From Azolla caroliniana (lineage: Eukaryota > Plantae > Polypodiophyta): a stretch of DNA of 64,000 nucleotides. A program made the translations under genes and the position numbers. Every line of letters starts with the position of its first letter. Positions within the stretch are counted from its first letter, which is position 1. The DNA lies in contig JBHGNT010000018.1 in NCBI GenBank assembly GCA_043228905.1, positions 9,114,001 to 9,178,000 of the forward strand, read 5' to 3'. Below, piece after piece: positions 51,177 to 62,400 of the stretch. The notes beneath the pieces are model-generated. The model saw only the letters and a list, made by a program, of their open reading frames with translations. It had not been told where the DNA came from and ran no database searches.

Positions 51177-54100
51177 CCGTGAAGAAACGTTGTCTTCACG
51201 TCTAACTGCTCTACCTCCAGATCCATGCTCGATGCAATGCTCAGCACCATTCGGATGGAAGTCATCTTCACTACCGAGGAAAATATCTCGTCGAAGTCCA
51301 CTTCCTTCTTCTGCTGGAACCCCTTCACAATGATCTTGGCTTTGTACCTTGGGGGATTGCCGGCATCTCCCAGTTTCAACTTGTACACCCACTTATTCCG
51401 GAGTGCCTGCTTTCCTTTCGACAACTCCACTAGTTCATACGTGTGGTTCTCATGTAGGGAATCCATCTCGTCCTGCATGGCACTCAAACACTTGTGGTTG
51501 TGGGTGTCCTCCTTTGCTTCTTCAAAGCTTTCCGGCTCCCCCTCATCGGTTAGCAGCACGCGCTCTACATCCGGAAATCTTCAGGGGGCCCTTCTCTCTC
51601 TTAGAGGATATCTACGTCCTTGGCTTTCGGCAACCGGCTCCTCTATTTGTTCTTCATCCGAATCTGATTCGGGGTCTTGGCCGGTTCCGGTTTTTGCTTC
51701 TTCTTCTTCTTTGGTCGGTTCGGTTTCCTCTCCGTAACCGGCTGGTTCTTCGAGTGTCAACCGGCTCTTAGCCGGGTAGGTCCGTATCTCATCAAACCAA
51801 TCCTTACCGGTCGACTCGAAGTTCAATATCTTCTTCTCCGACTCCCAGTCGGCAAGGTTCTTGTCCTCCATGAAGATAATATTTCGACTCCGAAAAACCT
51901 TCTTGTCGACCGGATTCCACACTCGGTAGCCGAACTCATCGTCGTCGTATCCGAGGAATATGCAAGGCCAGGACTTTGGATCCAACTTTGCTCTCCGGTC
52001 CTTTGCCACATGCACGTAAGCGAGACACCCAAACACCTTCAGATGCCGGTAAGACATTTCCTTACTGGTCCACACTCTCTGTGGCGTGTCTCCATCCAAG
52101 GGTACTGAGGGTGATCTGTTTATCACATACGTCGCTGTCGACAGCGCCTTAGCCCAAAACGTCTTGGGTAACTTTGCATGTGCTAGCATACTCCGGACCC
52201 TCTCCATTATGGTCTGGTTCATCCTCTCGGCCAACATGTTTAGTTCTGGCGTCTTCGACACGGTAAATTTGAGCCGGATTCCCTTCGAGCGGCACTACTC
52301 CTCGAACTGCCCCCGGTATTTTCCTCTATTATCTACTCGAACCGCCTTCAGCTTCCAGCCGGTTTCTCTTTCCACTCTCGCATGGAGCTCCTTGAAGACG
52401 GATAACACCTGATCCTTCGTCTTCAGCGGTGTGGCCCACAACTTCCGGTTCTGGTCTTCTATGAATGTCACGAAGTACTATGATCCGGCATGTGATTTCG
52501 TGTCCACTTGACACACATCGGTATGTACCAACTCTAGTGGTGCATTACGTCTCATCGATGGCCTTAATCGGAAGGAGGTCCGGTTTTGCTTACCGGCCAG
52601 GTAGTCGATGCACCTCTCAAGATCCACGTTCTTCACCGGAATGAGGTTGTCATCGGCAAGCCTCTTCATCCCCTTCTCGCTCATGTGACACAGTTTCTTG
52701 TGCCACAGCTCACCGACGGTGTCGGAATCAACGTTCACTTCTTACGGGCATAACCAGGCATTCATCAGGTACAATGTGTTGACCTTTTATGGCCCGAGCC
52801 ACTATCAGGCTCCCCTTGTTGAACTTCATGACGCCATTCCGGATGCTACCCGTGTAGCCTTCATCATCTAGCCGACCGGCTGATATAAGGTTCAGTCGAA
52901 CCTCCGAAACGTGTCGGACATCCTTCAACATCAACTTGCATCCAGTTGGTGTTGTCAACCACACATCTCCTATGCCGACAATTTGGCATGTACCTTCATT
53001 CCCCATCTGGACACAACTGTGATCACCGGTTGTGTAAGATGAGAAGCATTTCCGGTCCGGGGTCAGGTGGAACGATGCTCCGGAATCAACAACCCACGTT
53101 GTCTCGTCACCGGCAAGGTTCAACTCCCTCTCCTCGGTGATGAGCATCAAATCCTCTTCACTTGCCACGATTTTCGTCGTTCCCTTCTGGTCCGGTCCTC
53201 TCCGGTCTTTATTGTTCCGGTCCGGTGACCGCTTCGAATCGGTACTATTGGTTTCCTTGTCTTTCCGGAAATGCCGACAGTTCTTCTAGAAGTGCCACGG
53301 CTTGCCCCAATAGAAGCAAGTAGGCCTCCCTCTTGACTTTGACCGTGTCCCCAACTTTTCCCGGTTATGGGGACTACGGTTCCTTTGTCCTCCGCGTTCC
53401 AATTCGGTAAGGAGCACTTTGGAGGCGGAGCTCGTATCCTTGTCTTTCCGGCATGCCTCCTCATCTAGCAAGCTCGACTTGACTCTTGTTAGGGATAACT
53501 GTTTTCCTTCCGGTCCGGCATTGCCCAAAGTGACAACTAACGTCTCCCAGCTATCTGGGAGGGAACAGAGCAAGAGTAATGCTAGTACCTCATCGGCGAG
53601 AGGTACTTCTAGCGATGTTGCCTGGTGAATCAGCCCCTGGAAGGCATTCATGTGCTCCGCCATGTTGGAGCCATCTTGGTACCGGAACCTCACTAGCTTC
53701 CGGAATACCGAAACCCGATTAATGACGTTCTTGTTCTAGAACATGATGTCGATCTTCACCTAGAGCTCATGAGCCTTACTCTCCTCATTGAAGTTGTTGT
53801 ACAGGATCATGTCAATGAAGCACCGGATGTATACCGTCGTCTTCATGTGCATCACTTCCCACACCGCGGCGTCGATCTTATCCGATCTCTTGTCCCTGAA
53901 CTGAACCGGCAACCAAAGATCTTTAACCACTAGCATGTCCCTCATCTTTGACTTCCACACTGAGTAGTTGGAGCCGGTGAGCTTGAACATGCCGCCGAAA
54001 GATTCTTCCATTTTCTGTGTTGTTCGCTCTGATACTAGATTGACGCGAAATATGCGTGTGCGGAATATATCTCGGCCACAACCGAGACGTCAATCACTTC

Positions 54101-54670
54101 GTTCAAAATTACGAACACAGAAGAATGGGCAATGAATGTAAATGCACATACACACAAACAATAGGAGAGAGGGTACACAGTATGTTTACGTGGAAAACCC
54201 TAAATGGGAAAAACCACAGGAGTCCACAAACTCCAACTATCACTATGTAAAGAGAATACAATAGAGGAACACAGAGGCAATGATCTCTTGCTCTCAATCT
54301 TTGCCTGACAGCTGTTACAATAGAGACACACTCTGTATCGCTCTCTCTCTCTCTCTCTCTCACTATCTGTACAACAATTACACCAATAACTCTATGCGAC
54401 AATACTGGTCTCAAATGATTCTATACCACTCTGTTTGCCCTAGGTCATATTTATACTAATATGACTTTCGGGCTATTTACAAATATAGCCACAATGGGCT
54501 AACATAAATATATTTACATATATGTCCCTTCATCCGGTGAGAGGTTCTCACCGGGCCTGCGTCATCCGATTCTCACCGGGTCTTCCTTGTCGGGTACTTA
54601 TCATCCGGTTCTCACTGGGTTTTCCTTGCCGGGTACTCATATCCCATCCGGAGGGACCGAAATCCTAACA
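51177..54670 (-). mobile_element. Copia (Tork/TAR-like) 5' part: LTR 54041-54670, PBS 54026-54037, gag-PR-INT-RT N-terminus, degenerate
   Basis: TGTTAGG...GCGTCA, then TAGTATCAGAGC. MFKLTGSNYSVWK; LLCSLPDSWE; WVVDSGASFH; LVHTDVC; AERMN; EPESFEEA...QLDVKTTFLHG. Confidence 0.92.
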
Positions 54671-55285
54671 TGGACGACATGCTACTCTCTGGCCGGCATG
54701 CTGGAGAACTTGTCAATCTCATTTGGTACCTACAATTGAAGTTTTCCATGAAGGACTTAGGTCCTAGTAGACACATTTTGGGTATGAAGATTAGTCGGCT
54801 CCGGAATCATCGACAAGTATTCTAGTCTCAAGCCGACTACATTCGACGTGTCTTAGAACGGTTCAATATGCAATCGGCCAAATCTGCTTATATCCCACTC
54901 CCCATTTGCCTTTAGGTGTCTCAGTGAGACTCTCCGACATTTGGTTCAGAGGCGGACGATATGAAGTTGGTACCATATGCACCGGTAGTCGGCTCCTTGA
55001 TGTACACGATGGTCGCAACACGGCTTGACATTGCTCACGTTGTAGGAGTCATGAGCATATTCATGCACAACCCTGGCTGATCGCACTAGAGCGCAATTTA
55101 GCATGTGTTCAGATATTTGGTAAGCACAAAAATCTATAGTATGGTTCAAATAGGAATTCAGGCGTAGTCGGCCACATTGACTCAGACTTTGTCGGTTGTG
55201 TGGACAGTCGAAAGTCGACGACCTAATACTTCTTCAAATTCGGCAATGGAGCAATATCGTGGAAGTTAAAACTTCAAGAGTGTAC
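54671..55285 (+). pseudogene. Copia RT/RNase H fragment
   Basis: VDDMLLSG...FSMKDLG...VPYAPVVGSLMY...DSDFVG...AISWKLKLQECT, with stops. It is interrupted on both sides by insertions. Confidence 0.85.
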
Positions 55286-56825
55286 TGTCACGGACACACC
55301 AACCCTAGACTACAAAGAAGGACGGATGACGAGCCTATGACCGATAAGGTTACGAACTTCGAACTCGATGTACGAGTCTACAAACTATAGAAGTTGTGAG
55401 TAACTAGAGAGCATTAAGACAAATATGAAGATCAAGGAGACAATATGCCATGAAACGAGGAAAACTAGATTCATATGTCAATGACTAGTGTTGAATCCCT
55501 CTAAAGGGATCGAGGAAGTTACAAGTATTTATACATGTTTCTGGCCTCTACATGTAGTTCCATGCATTGATCCATTTTCATGTAGAAGCTTCTGGAGCTT
55601 GCTGGAAGCTTCTAAAAACTCCTAGAACTTGGAATAGATAATCTCCTAATAATCTACTAGCAGATAAATAATAGGACCATGTATTTGGATGTATTGGTTA
55701 GAATATAACACTTGACTATATACAAGAGGTGAAGAGTTTGAATCTTGACATGATTATTGTTATGTCCGTGACATTATCCTCCCCTTTACGACCTCCTTTT
55801 CGGAAGCATGGTGTAGGGGTGAGTTGAAAGAGAAAACCGGGGTAGGTAGAGGAGTGGCTGACCATGTGCGGTCCTCATCGGAGAATGGAACATGAGTGAA
55901 CGTGAGCGACCTTGTGCGGTCCTCACCGGGGATTGAAGCACCAATGGGCTCACTCCCCTTTACGACTGCCTTTTCGGAAGCATGATGTAGGGGTGAGTTG
56001 AAAGACAAAACCAGGGTAGGTTGAGGAGTGATTGACCATGTGCAGTCCTCATCGGAGAATGGAACATGAGTGAATGTGAGCGACCTTGTGCGGTCCTCAT
56101 CGGAGAATCGAACATGAGTGAACGTGAGCAACCATGTGCGGTCCTCATCGGAGAATGGAACACGAGTGAACGTGAGCGCCTTGTGTGGTCCTCACCGAGG
56201 ATTGAAGCACCAACGGGCGTGAGCAACCATGTGCGGTCCTCACCGGAGACACGGACACCAATGGGGGTGAGCGACCTTGTGCGGTCATCATCGGGAACTA
56301 GGACACCAACGGGCGTGAACGACCTTGTGCGGTCCTCATTGGGGAACTAGGACACAAACGGGTGTGAGGAGACCATGTGCGGTCCTCACTGGGAACTCGG
56401 ACATGAACGGGCATGAGCAACCATGTGCATTCCTCACCGGGAACTGGGACATGAATGACCATGAGCGACCTTCTGCGGTCCTGACCAGAGACACAAACAC
56501 AGATAGGCATGAGAGACCTTGTGCGGTCCTCACCAGAGACACGAACACAAACGGGCGTGAGAGACCATGTATGGTTCCCACCAGGAACTGGAACACTTTA
56601 TGTTGATGAAGACTAGGCAAAGTAGTGTTGATGATGACACCAAGAAGTGTTGAAGATGATGATGTCGAAGACGAAGCAATTGATGTTGAGGAAGCATTTT
56701 CGAGAAGATTCTGGTTTTGTGTAGCAACCGTCGGGGTTCTGTGACTCGGGGATGATCGGGATGACAAGGCGTAATCGCAAATGGTGTGATGACAAGAAGT
56801 CGAGACAGCAAGATAGATGCGGCGT
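55286..56825 (-). mobile_element. 3' half of the non-coding LTR element: 3' LTR 55286-55773, PPT 55774-55787, tandem-repeat internal region
   Basis: Minus strand reads AAAGGGGAGGATAA then TGTCACGG...CCGTGACA, with TSD TGTAC at 55281-55285. Confidence 0.87.
55781..56600. repeat. Tandem array of about 48-bp units with an about 175-bp higher-order duplication
   Basis: Recurrent GACC(A/T)TGTGCGGTCCTCA(T/C)CGG. The CCCCTTTACGAC block occurs twice (about 55781 and 55956). Confidence 0.9.
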
Positions 56826-59459
56826 TGCCGTGAAAAGAATTTTTTTTTTTTAAACACCACTTACAATATTTATTTGCCAAAAGCTACTTGGCAGACGTCT
56901 GTTTCAAAAGAAACGTTCAAGGTAAACCACTTCAACATCTTTGATTTCTATTTATTTATTTCTGTTTCTCTTTCTTTTGTTTGCAGAGAGGCTTTTGTGA
57001 TACACCACTTCAACTTCTTCCTTTTCTTGTATTTCTTTTCTTTTCTTTAACTTTTGTCTTGGTTTATGCAAGCCACCATCTTCTTTTGCGAGCTCTGCAT
57101 CCCCCGCCCATTCGAGCTTCTTCACTCGCTTTTTCTTCCTCCTTCCTTCTCTTCCTCTTTTACTTTCTCCTTCTCCCCTTCCTCCCCTTTAGCCACCATG
57201 GGCGTGGCTTATATAGGGTGGTCAACTACCCTACCACCCACTTGAGGCGGTTGACAAACTACCTCATGTAGGCGGTTGTATTTTTATTTTATTTTTTTAA
57301 TATTTTTTATATTATTTTATTTTTTGATTCTACAAATTCGATTTTGTAGTTGTACATTTGAGAAATTATAAAAATAGCCCTCATTTAATTTTGACTCCCC
57401 TTTTTGACATAATTACATTTGTGTCCCGAATAACATTAATTCTTTCAAAGCCTGTATCTTGGGCTCCTGAACTCCAATCATGAACTGAAAATTTGCATAT
57501 GCTCCTCACCACAAGCTCCATATGGGAAATTTCTTTCTATAGATTTTTTACATTGTTTTGACATCATGACGCAATAACTTCACGACACCCACCCCCTCTA
57601 AACTTGCACACCTGTGGGCGAGTTCACACCACGTCATTTTGATCCTCTTTGAAAAATTCTTCTCTTCTTTTAAAAATCTTTATTCTTTTTCCCGCAATCG
57701 GCGTCTATAGCTCAGTCCCATCCAACTCGTTGAAGTAGTAGGTGGCCTTATCAGTCACCTTCCGTACTTTGTAAGGCCCAAACCACCGTTTTGCAAACTT
57801 CCTCATTGTAATGTATTGGTTCTCGAGGCTACTATCCAGTACCAACACCCAAGCTGCTTCTTGAATCTTTCGTGGTCGTAATCTGTTTACTTTGTTAAAT
57901 CTTGCTTTGTTCTTTATCCAAGCTTCCTTCAATTTCTCAACAACTTTTTCTACATCTTCTGCTTGACATTGTAGTTGTTGGATACGAACAACTAGCAAGG
58001 CTTCTCTACTCATCTCCGACTCCCATTGTAGCATTGCCCATGTAGCAATCTTCTCTTCAATCGGGATCATTGGCCTTTGTCCTGTCATGAGCTCTATCGG
58101 CATATATCCTGTCACCGAACTTTGTGTGGTCCTATTCGCCCTATCTGATTATGCCACTTCCTCATTTTCGTATTTCGCTCTAGACAACATATCAACCATT
58201 GTGTTCTTCTCACCAAATATATGTCGAACTTCTAGGTTGATGATTTTGATGTAGACACACCACCTAAGCATTGCTTGGTCTGAATATTGCAGTTTGCAAT
58301 AATCCCAAGAATTGACAAGCAATCTTTCTCCACAATCACCTCTGCACCAACCAGATAGTCCCTATCCGTCTTGATAGTGATGACCATCCCCCAAAGCTCT
58401 CTCTTCACTTCCGCATACTTTTGTTGACATCCACTAAGTACCTTCACACCAAATCGAATCAGATGTCTTTCTCCTTCCTTATCTTGTTGTCTTATCACCC
58501 ACCCGATTCCAACTGGACTTGATTCAATTGTGAGGATTATTGGTCGAGTGTAGTCATGTTGTTTCAAAGCAGGAGCTTTTGCCAAACTCTCCTTCAGTCT
58601 TCTATTTGCATTTGAGTGTTCTTCTGTCCACTTGAATGCTTCCCCTTTTCTTAATAGTCGATACAATGCATCTGATATGTGGGCATAGTGTGGAATCCAC
58701 CTACAATAGATGACACATGCATCCTAGAACCTCCGAACTTCAGATACAGAGTTTCATTCCTCTTTCATATTCTATATTGCATTGATCTTCACTGGTGCTG
58801 GCTTCCTTCCGTATGGCCCACACATATGTCCTACCACTAGTACTTTTTGAACCCCAAATATTGATTTTGGAGCAAAAAGTGTTAGGTGTACGTCCTCTAG
58901 TCTTGAAAGCACTTCCTCACAATCTTCTATGTGATCCCGGACGAACTTCCGACATCTACCACTATCCAATTCTTCATTCTTCATTCTTTCCTCACATCCT
59001 TTAATGGGGATATCATCCAAGAAAGGCATGGTTATGTGAGGAATAAAATCTCGGAGAACTTTGTGCATACCATTCATCATGTGAGTGACCGAGTTGGTCG
59101 CACCTTGAGGTAGGTTACACATCCAAAGTAATCCAATAGGAGTCCTAATCGAGATGATATCTCGACTACCGACCACAAGCTTGAACTGGTCGTAGCCGGA
59201 GTAAAGATCACACATGGAGTACATTGCCCTTCCGGCGAACATCTCTGCAAACTCATCTACTATCGGCCCCACTCCTGAATTCCTGATAGTAACTTGATTC
59301 ATAGGTTGCATGTCTTGAATGAATCGAAGCCGCCCATCCTTCTTTTGCACCGTAAACCATCTACTCGAGTATGGAGTCTTTGATGGTTCCAAGATGCCTA
59401 TCTTCACTTTCTCTTTTAGAAGCTCGATTAATTGCGGTATCCTTACTCTTGGCACTGGG
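56826..59459 (-). mobile_element. 3' half of a Phygy-like gypsy: degenerate RT-RH-INT, PPT, 3' LTR 56826-57587
   Basis: ORFs 58772-59575, 58232-58666 and 57705-58115 are homologous to the 945-aa pol. PPT GAGGGGGTGGG is followed by TGTCGTGAAG. Most of the integrase is deleted and homology ends abruptly at about 59459. Confidence 0.92.
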
Positions 59460-62400
59460 GAGAGGTAAAAGGGGTACAAGGCGTGGTCCTTCAGACCACG
59501 AGGAAGTAGGAGGTTCCCGTTGTGGAGTGTACACCCTCCTATCAAGAAACTGGCACAAATGTCGTCTTCATCCAACTGTCTGAAAGAGATCAGTGGTCTA
59601 GTGAGCTCAAGTACATGTCAGACGTTGTGTAGTACTAGAGTAGAGCCGCCCATAAGTGTTACGGGCATGACCATATAATATCCCGTGGTAAGAATTTACT
59701 GTAGTATTCTATACACGTGGATAAGTGTGAGGGTTAAACGAGAATGTAAAGAAGGGGAGGATTACTTTTAATCCTCGGGATTGAGACAACCCATTAGGTC
59801 AAGTGTGAACTTGCCTGGGGGCCTTGGGTATCGCTATAAATAAGAGGCCTAGCTACCCTCATTTGATCATCTTTTGACTACATCGAGACTTTGCTCGTGT
59901 GGTGGGTCAACTCTTGTAGCGAGCGCGCCAGCACCAGGTACGACTCGACGCCACGGCGGTGGTATGGGACGCCGATCGAGGCTCGAGTCCGTCTCAATCC
60001 CTTCGCTCGGGGGTGGTCGGGTGGAACGGCACCCTTCTTTCTCTTTCTCCTTTCTATCTATCTTTTCATTATCCTTATCTTAAGCTTACATTAGTGCTAA
60101 GATCTATAATATTTGGTATCAGATTTTTTGTACTAATGTTTCTTTGTTTTTCATTTGTCTTTTGATTGATGCTGATCGATCGTTGTGCGGTTGGCCTTGA
60201 TCCAGACAACGATCAACAAAGAACTTCGGTAACTCTTTCCATAATTTTTCTTTCTATTTTCTCTTCTCCCACCTAATCATGTGTTTAGTTTATATGTAAT
60301 TTTTTTTCATTAAGTCAATGATGTTGTAGTGGTCTTTAATTGATTATCTAAAACGTTTACATATGTGCACGAGGTCAATACCTCGTTTGACATGTTAATA
60401 ATATGTGATGAGTGTCGTATGCGTACGAGGTTAATACCTCAATTACGTATTACGTTCACGAACATATGTTACGTTTGCGTATGAGTTTAATAACTTAATT
60501 TGTTGTAAACGATATGCGTTTGGTCTCGTATGCGTAAGAGGTCAATACCTCCATTGCGTATTACGATGATCTCTTATTTGTGGATGTTTCGTATGCGTAG
60601 AGGTATATACCTCGATTACGTATCTCGATCACATCATTTGTGGCTATTTACTATAACGATATGTTGAATATAGGCATATGTGGTCACATATATACGTATT
60701 TGATCGTATATATGTGATAAGTAAACATATGTGTATATTCGTTATTACGTGATTATATCGAAAGTTGTCATGATCGGGAAAAGGATGTTGGTGGCCGTCC
60801 TCACATTTTTGTGAGAATGGCGGTGTCACCATCCCTTTTTCAACATTTTTTTATTGTTGATAACCCCGTTGACGACCTCGATTTCGTTACGTAAAGAAAC
60901 GCCAATAGCCAAAATGATGTTGAGTACGTAGGGCTTGACCCACTTCAAGTGAGGTCGCTCCAATGACGCGCGTATCCAACATCCCTCCCTCGTTACATGG
61001 ATACGATGCCACCATGAGCTCGTTCTTACGAGAGGCATTCATAATGACGTGACCATGTGATGGCCCACGTGAGCCTACTACGAAACAAGGGCTCATTTGG
61101 CTTCACCATTAGGTTGCACTTTGGCGTATGCCATCGTAATTACGAGACTTGAGGTTAGGTAACGTACCAACATAGTGTTGGTAAATGAGGGCGAAATAAG
61201 GACCCTTGACATATATGTTCTTTTAAAAAAACATATATGATCAATTGCCTCGCATATCTCTTATACTCATCAAACATTAAGCATTCGAGAAGAGCAACTT
61301 ACTTGGTTGGCTCAAGTGTTTAATGTATTTGTTCTCGAGGTCTCGAGTTCAAATATGTCCAAGACCATACAACATCCTTGATACATATGACTATAACACA
61401 TGTTTAGACTTAAGGTCTAAGTGCACCTCGGGGTCCTCGTAATAGGACTTAAAGAGCTGAAACCACATATGTGGGCACCGAAACATAGTTTATTATTAAC
61501 ATTTTTTTCGTCTATAAACTATTCATGACGCGAACATACATGGTTGAGCCTCGGGGAGCCACCATGAAAAAATCGATATAGAGATCAGGGAAAGACATTT
61601 ATTTGTCACCCCCATGGTTTTTAAAACACCTTTGTGTTACCATAGTAACCTGATCTTGAACCTCATCTCATACGTCTAGAGGGGTATTGACGTGAGATAA
61701 TGATATCGATTAATGCTCGCCCATGATATGTTTACATCACGACATGATGTTATGACTATATCTCTGACCTTATCCTATTTCTTTTCCAGAAATAATCTTT
61801 AATGGCTCAAATTAACGACCCGATGTCATCCGCTCAAGCGGAAGGAACTCAAGGGAATCCTCCTGGACAAATGTCCACTGAGATGTATTTGGCACAAATA
61901 ACCCAATTCCTTAGTTTCACCGCTCAACAGATGACCGAACTTCGGCAATCTCAGAGTGCTCTTGAGGCACGTGTCATTAGTCTACAACGTGAGACTAATA
62001 GACCTGATGAGCGACAAGGTGAACCATCATTTGTCGTTAAGCCATTTACGGGAGACAAAAAGGAAAGAACCGAAGAAGCAATCTGCACATGGCTGGGACG
62101 ATGGGAGTCTCATTTTGAGCTCTATCCCACACCAGATAGTACGAAGATTGCATATGTCGGCCGAGAACTCGGGGGTAAGGCCGCCGCCTGGTGGCGTGGG
62201 CTCCGTACTATGGGGAAATTGCCCGATACCTGGACAGATTTTGTCACGGTTTTTAAGGGCCAATTTCTGCAACCTCCCTCTCGAACCAAGGCAGCACAAG
62301 CTTTAATGAACCTCTCTAGCAGGAAATTTTCCTCGCTAGAAGACTATGTTCACCATGCTAGAACCCAAATCCAAAAATCGGGTCTAGAAGGGGACAATTG

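Noticed and set aside
60361-60630. CRISPR-like repeat/spacer appearance
   Set aside because: The repeats are degenerate, spacers are short, there are no cas genes, and the context is a plant retrotransposon UTR.
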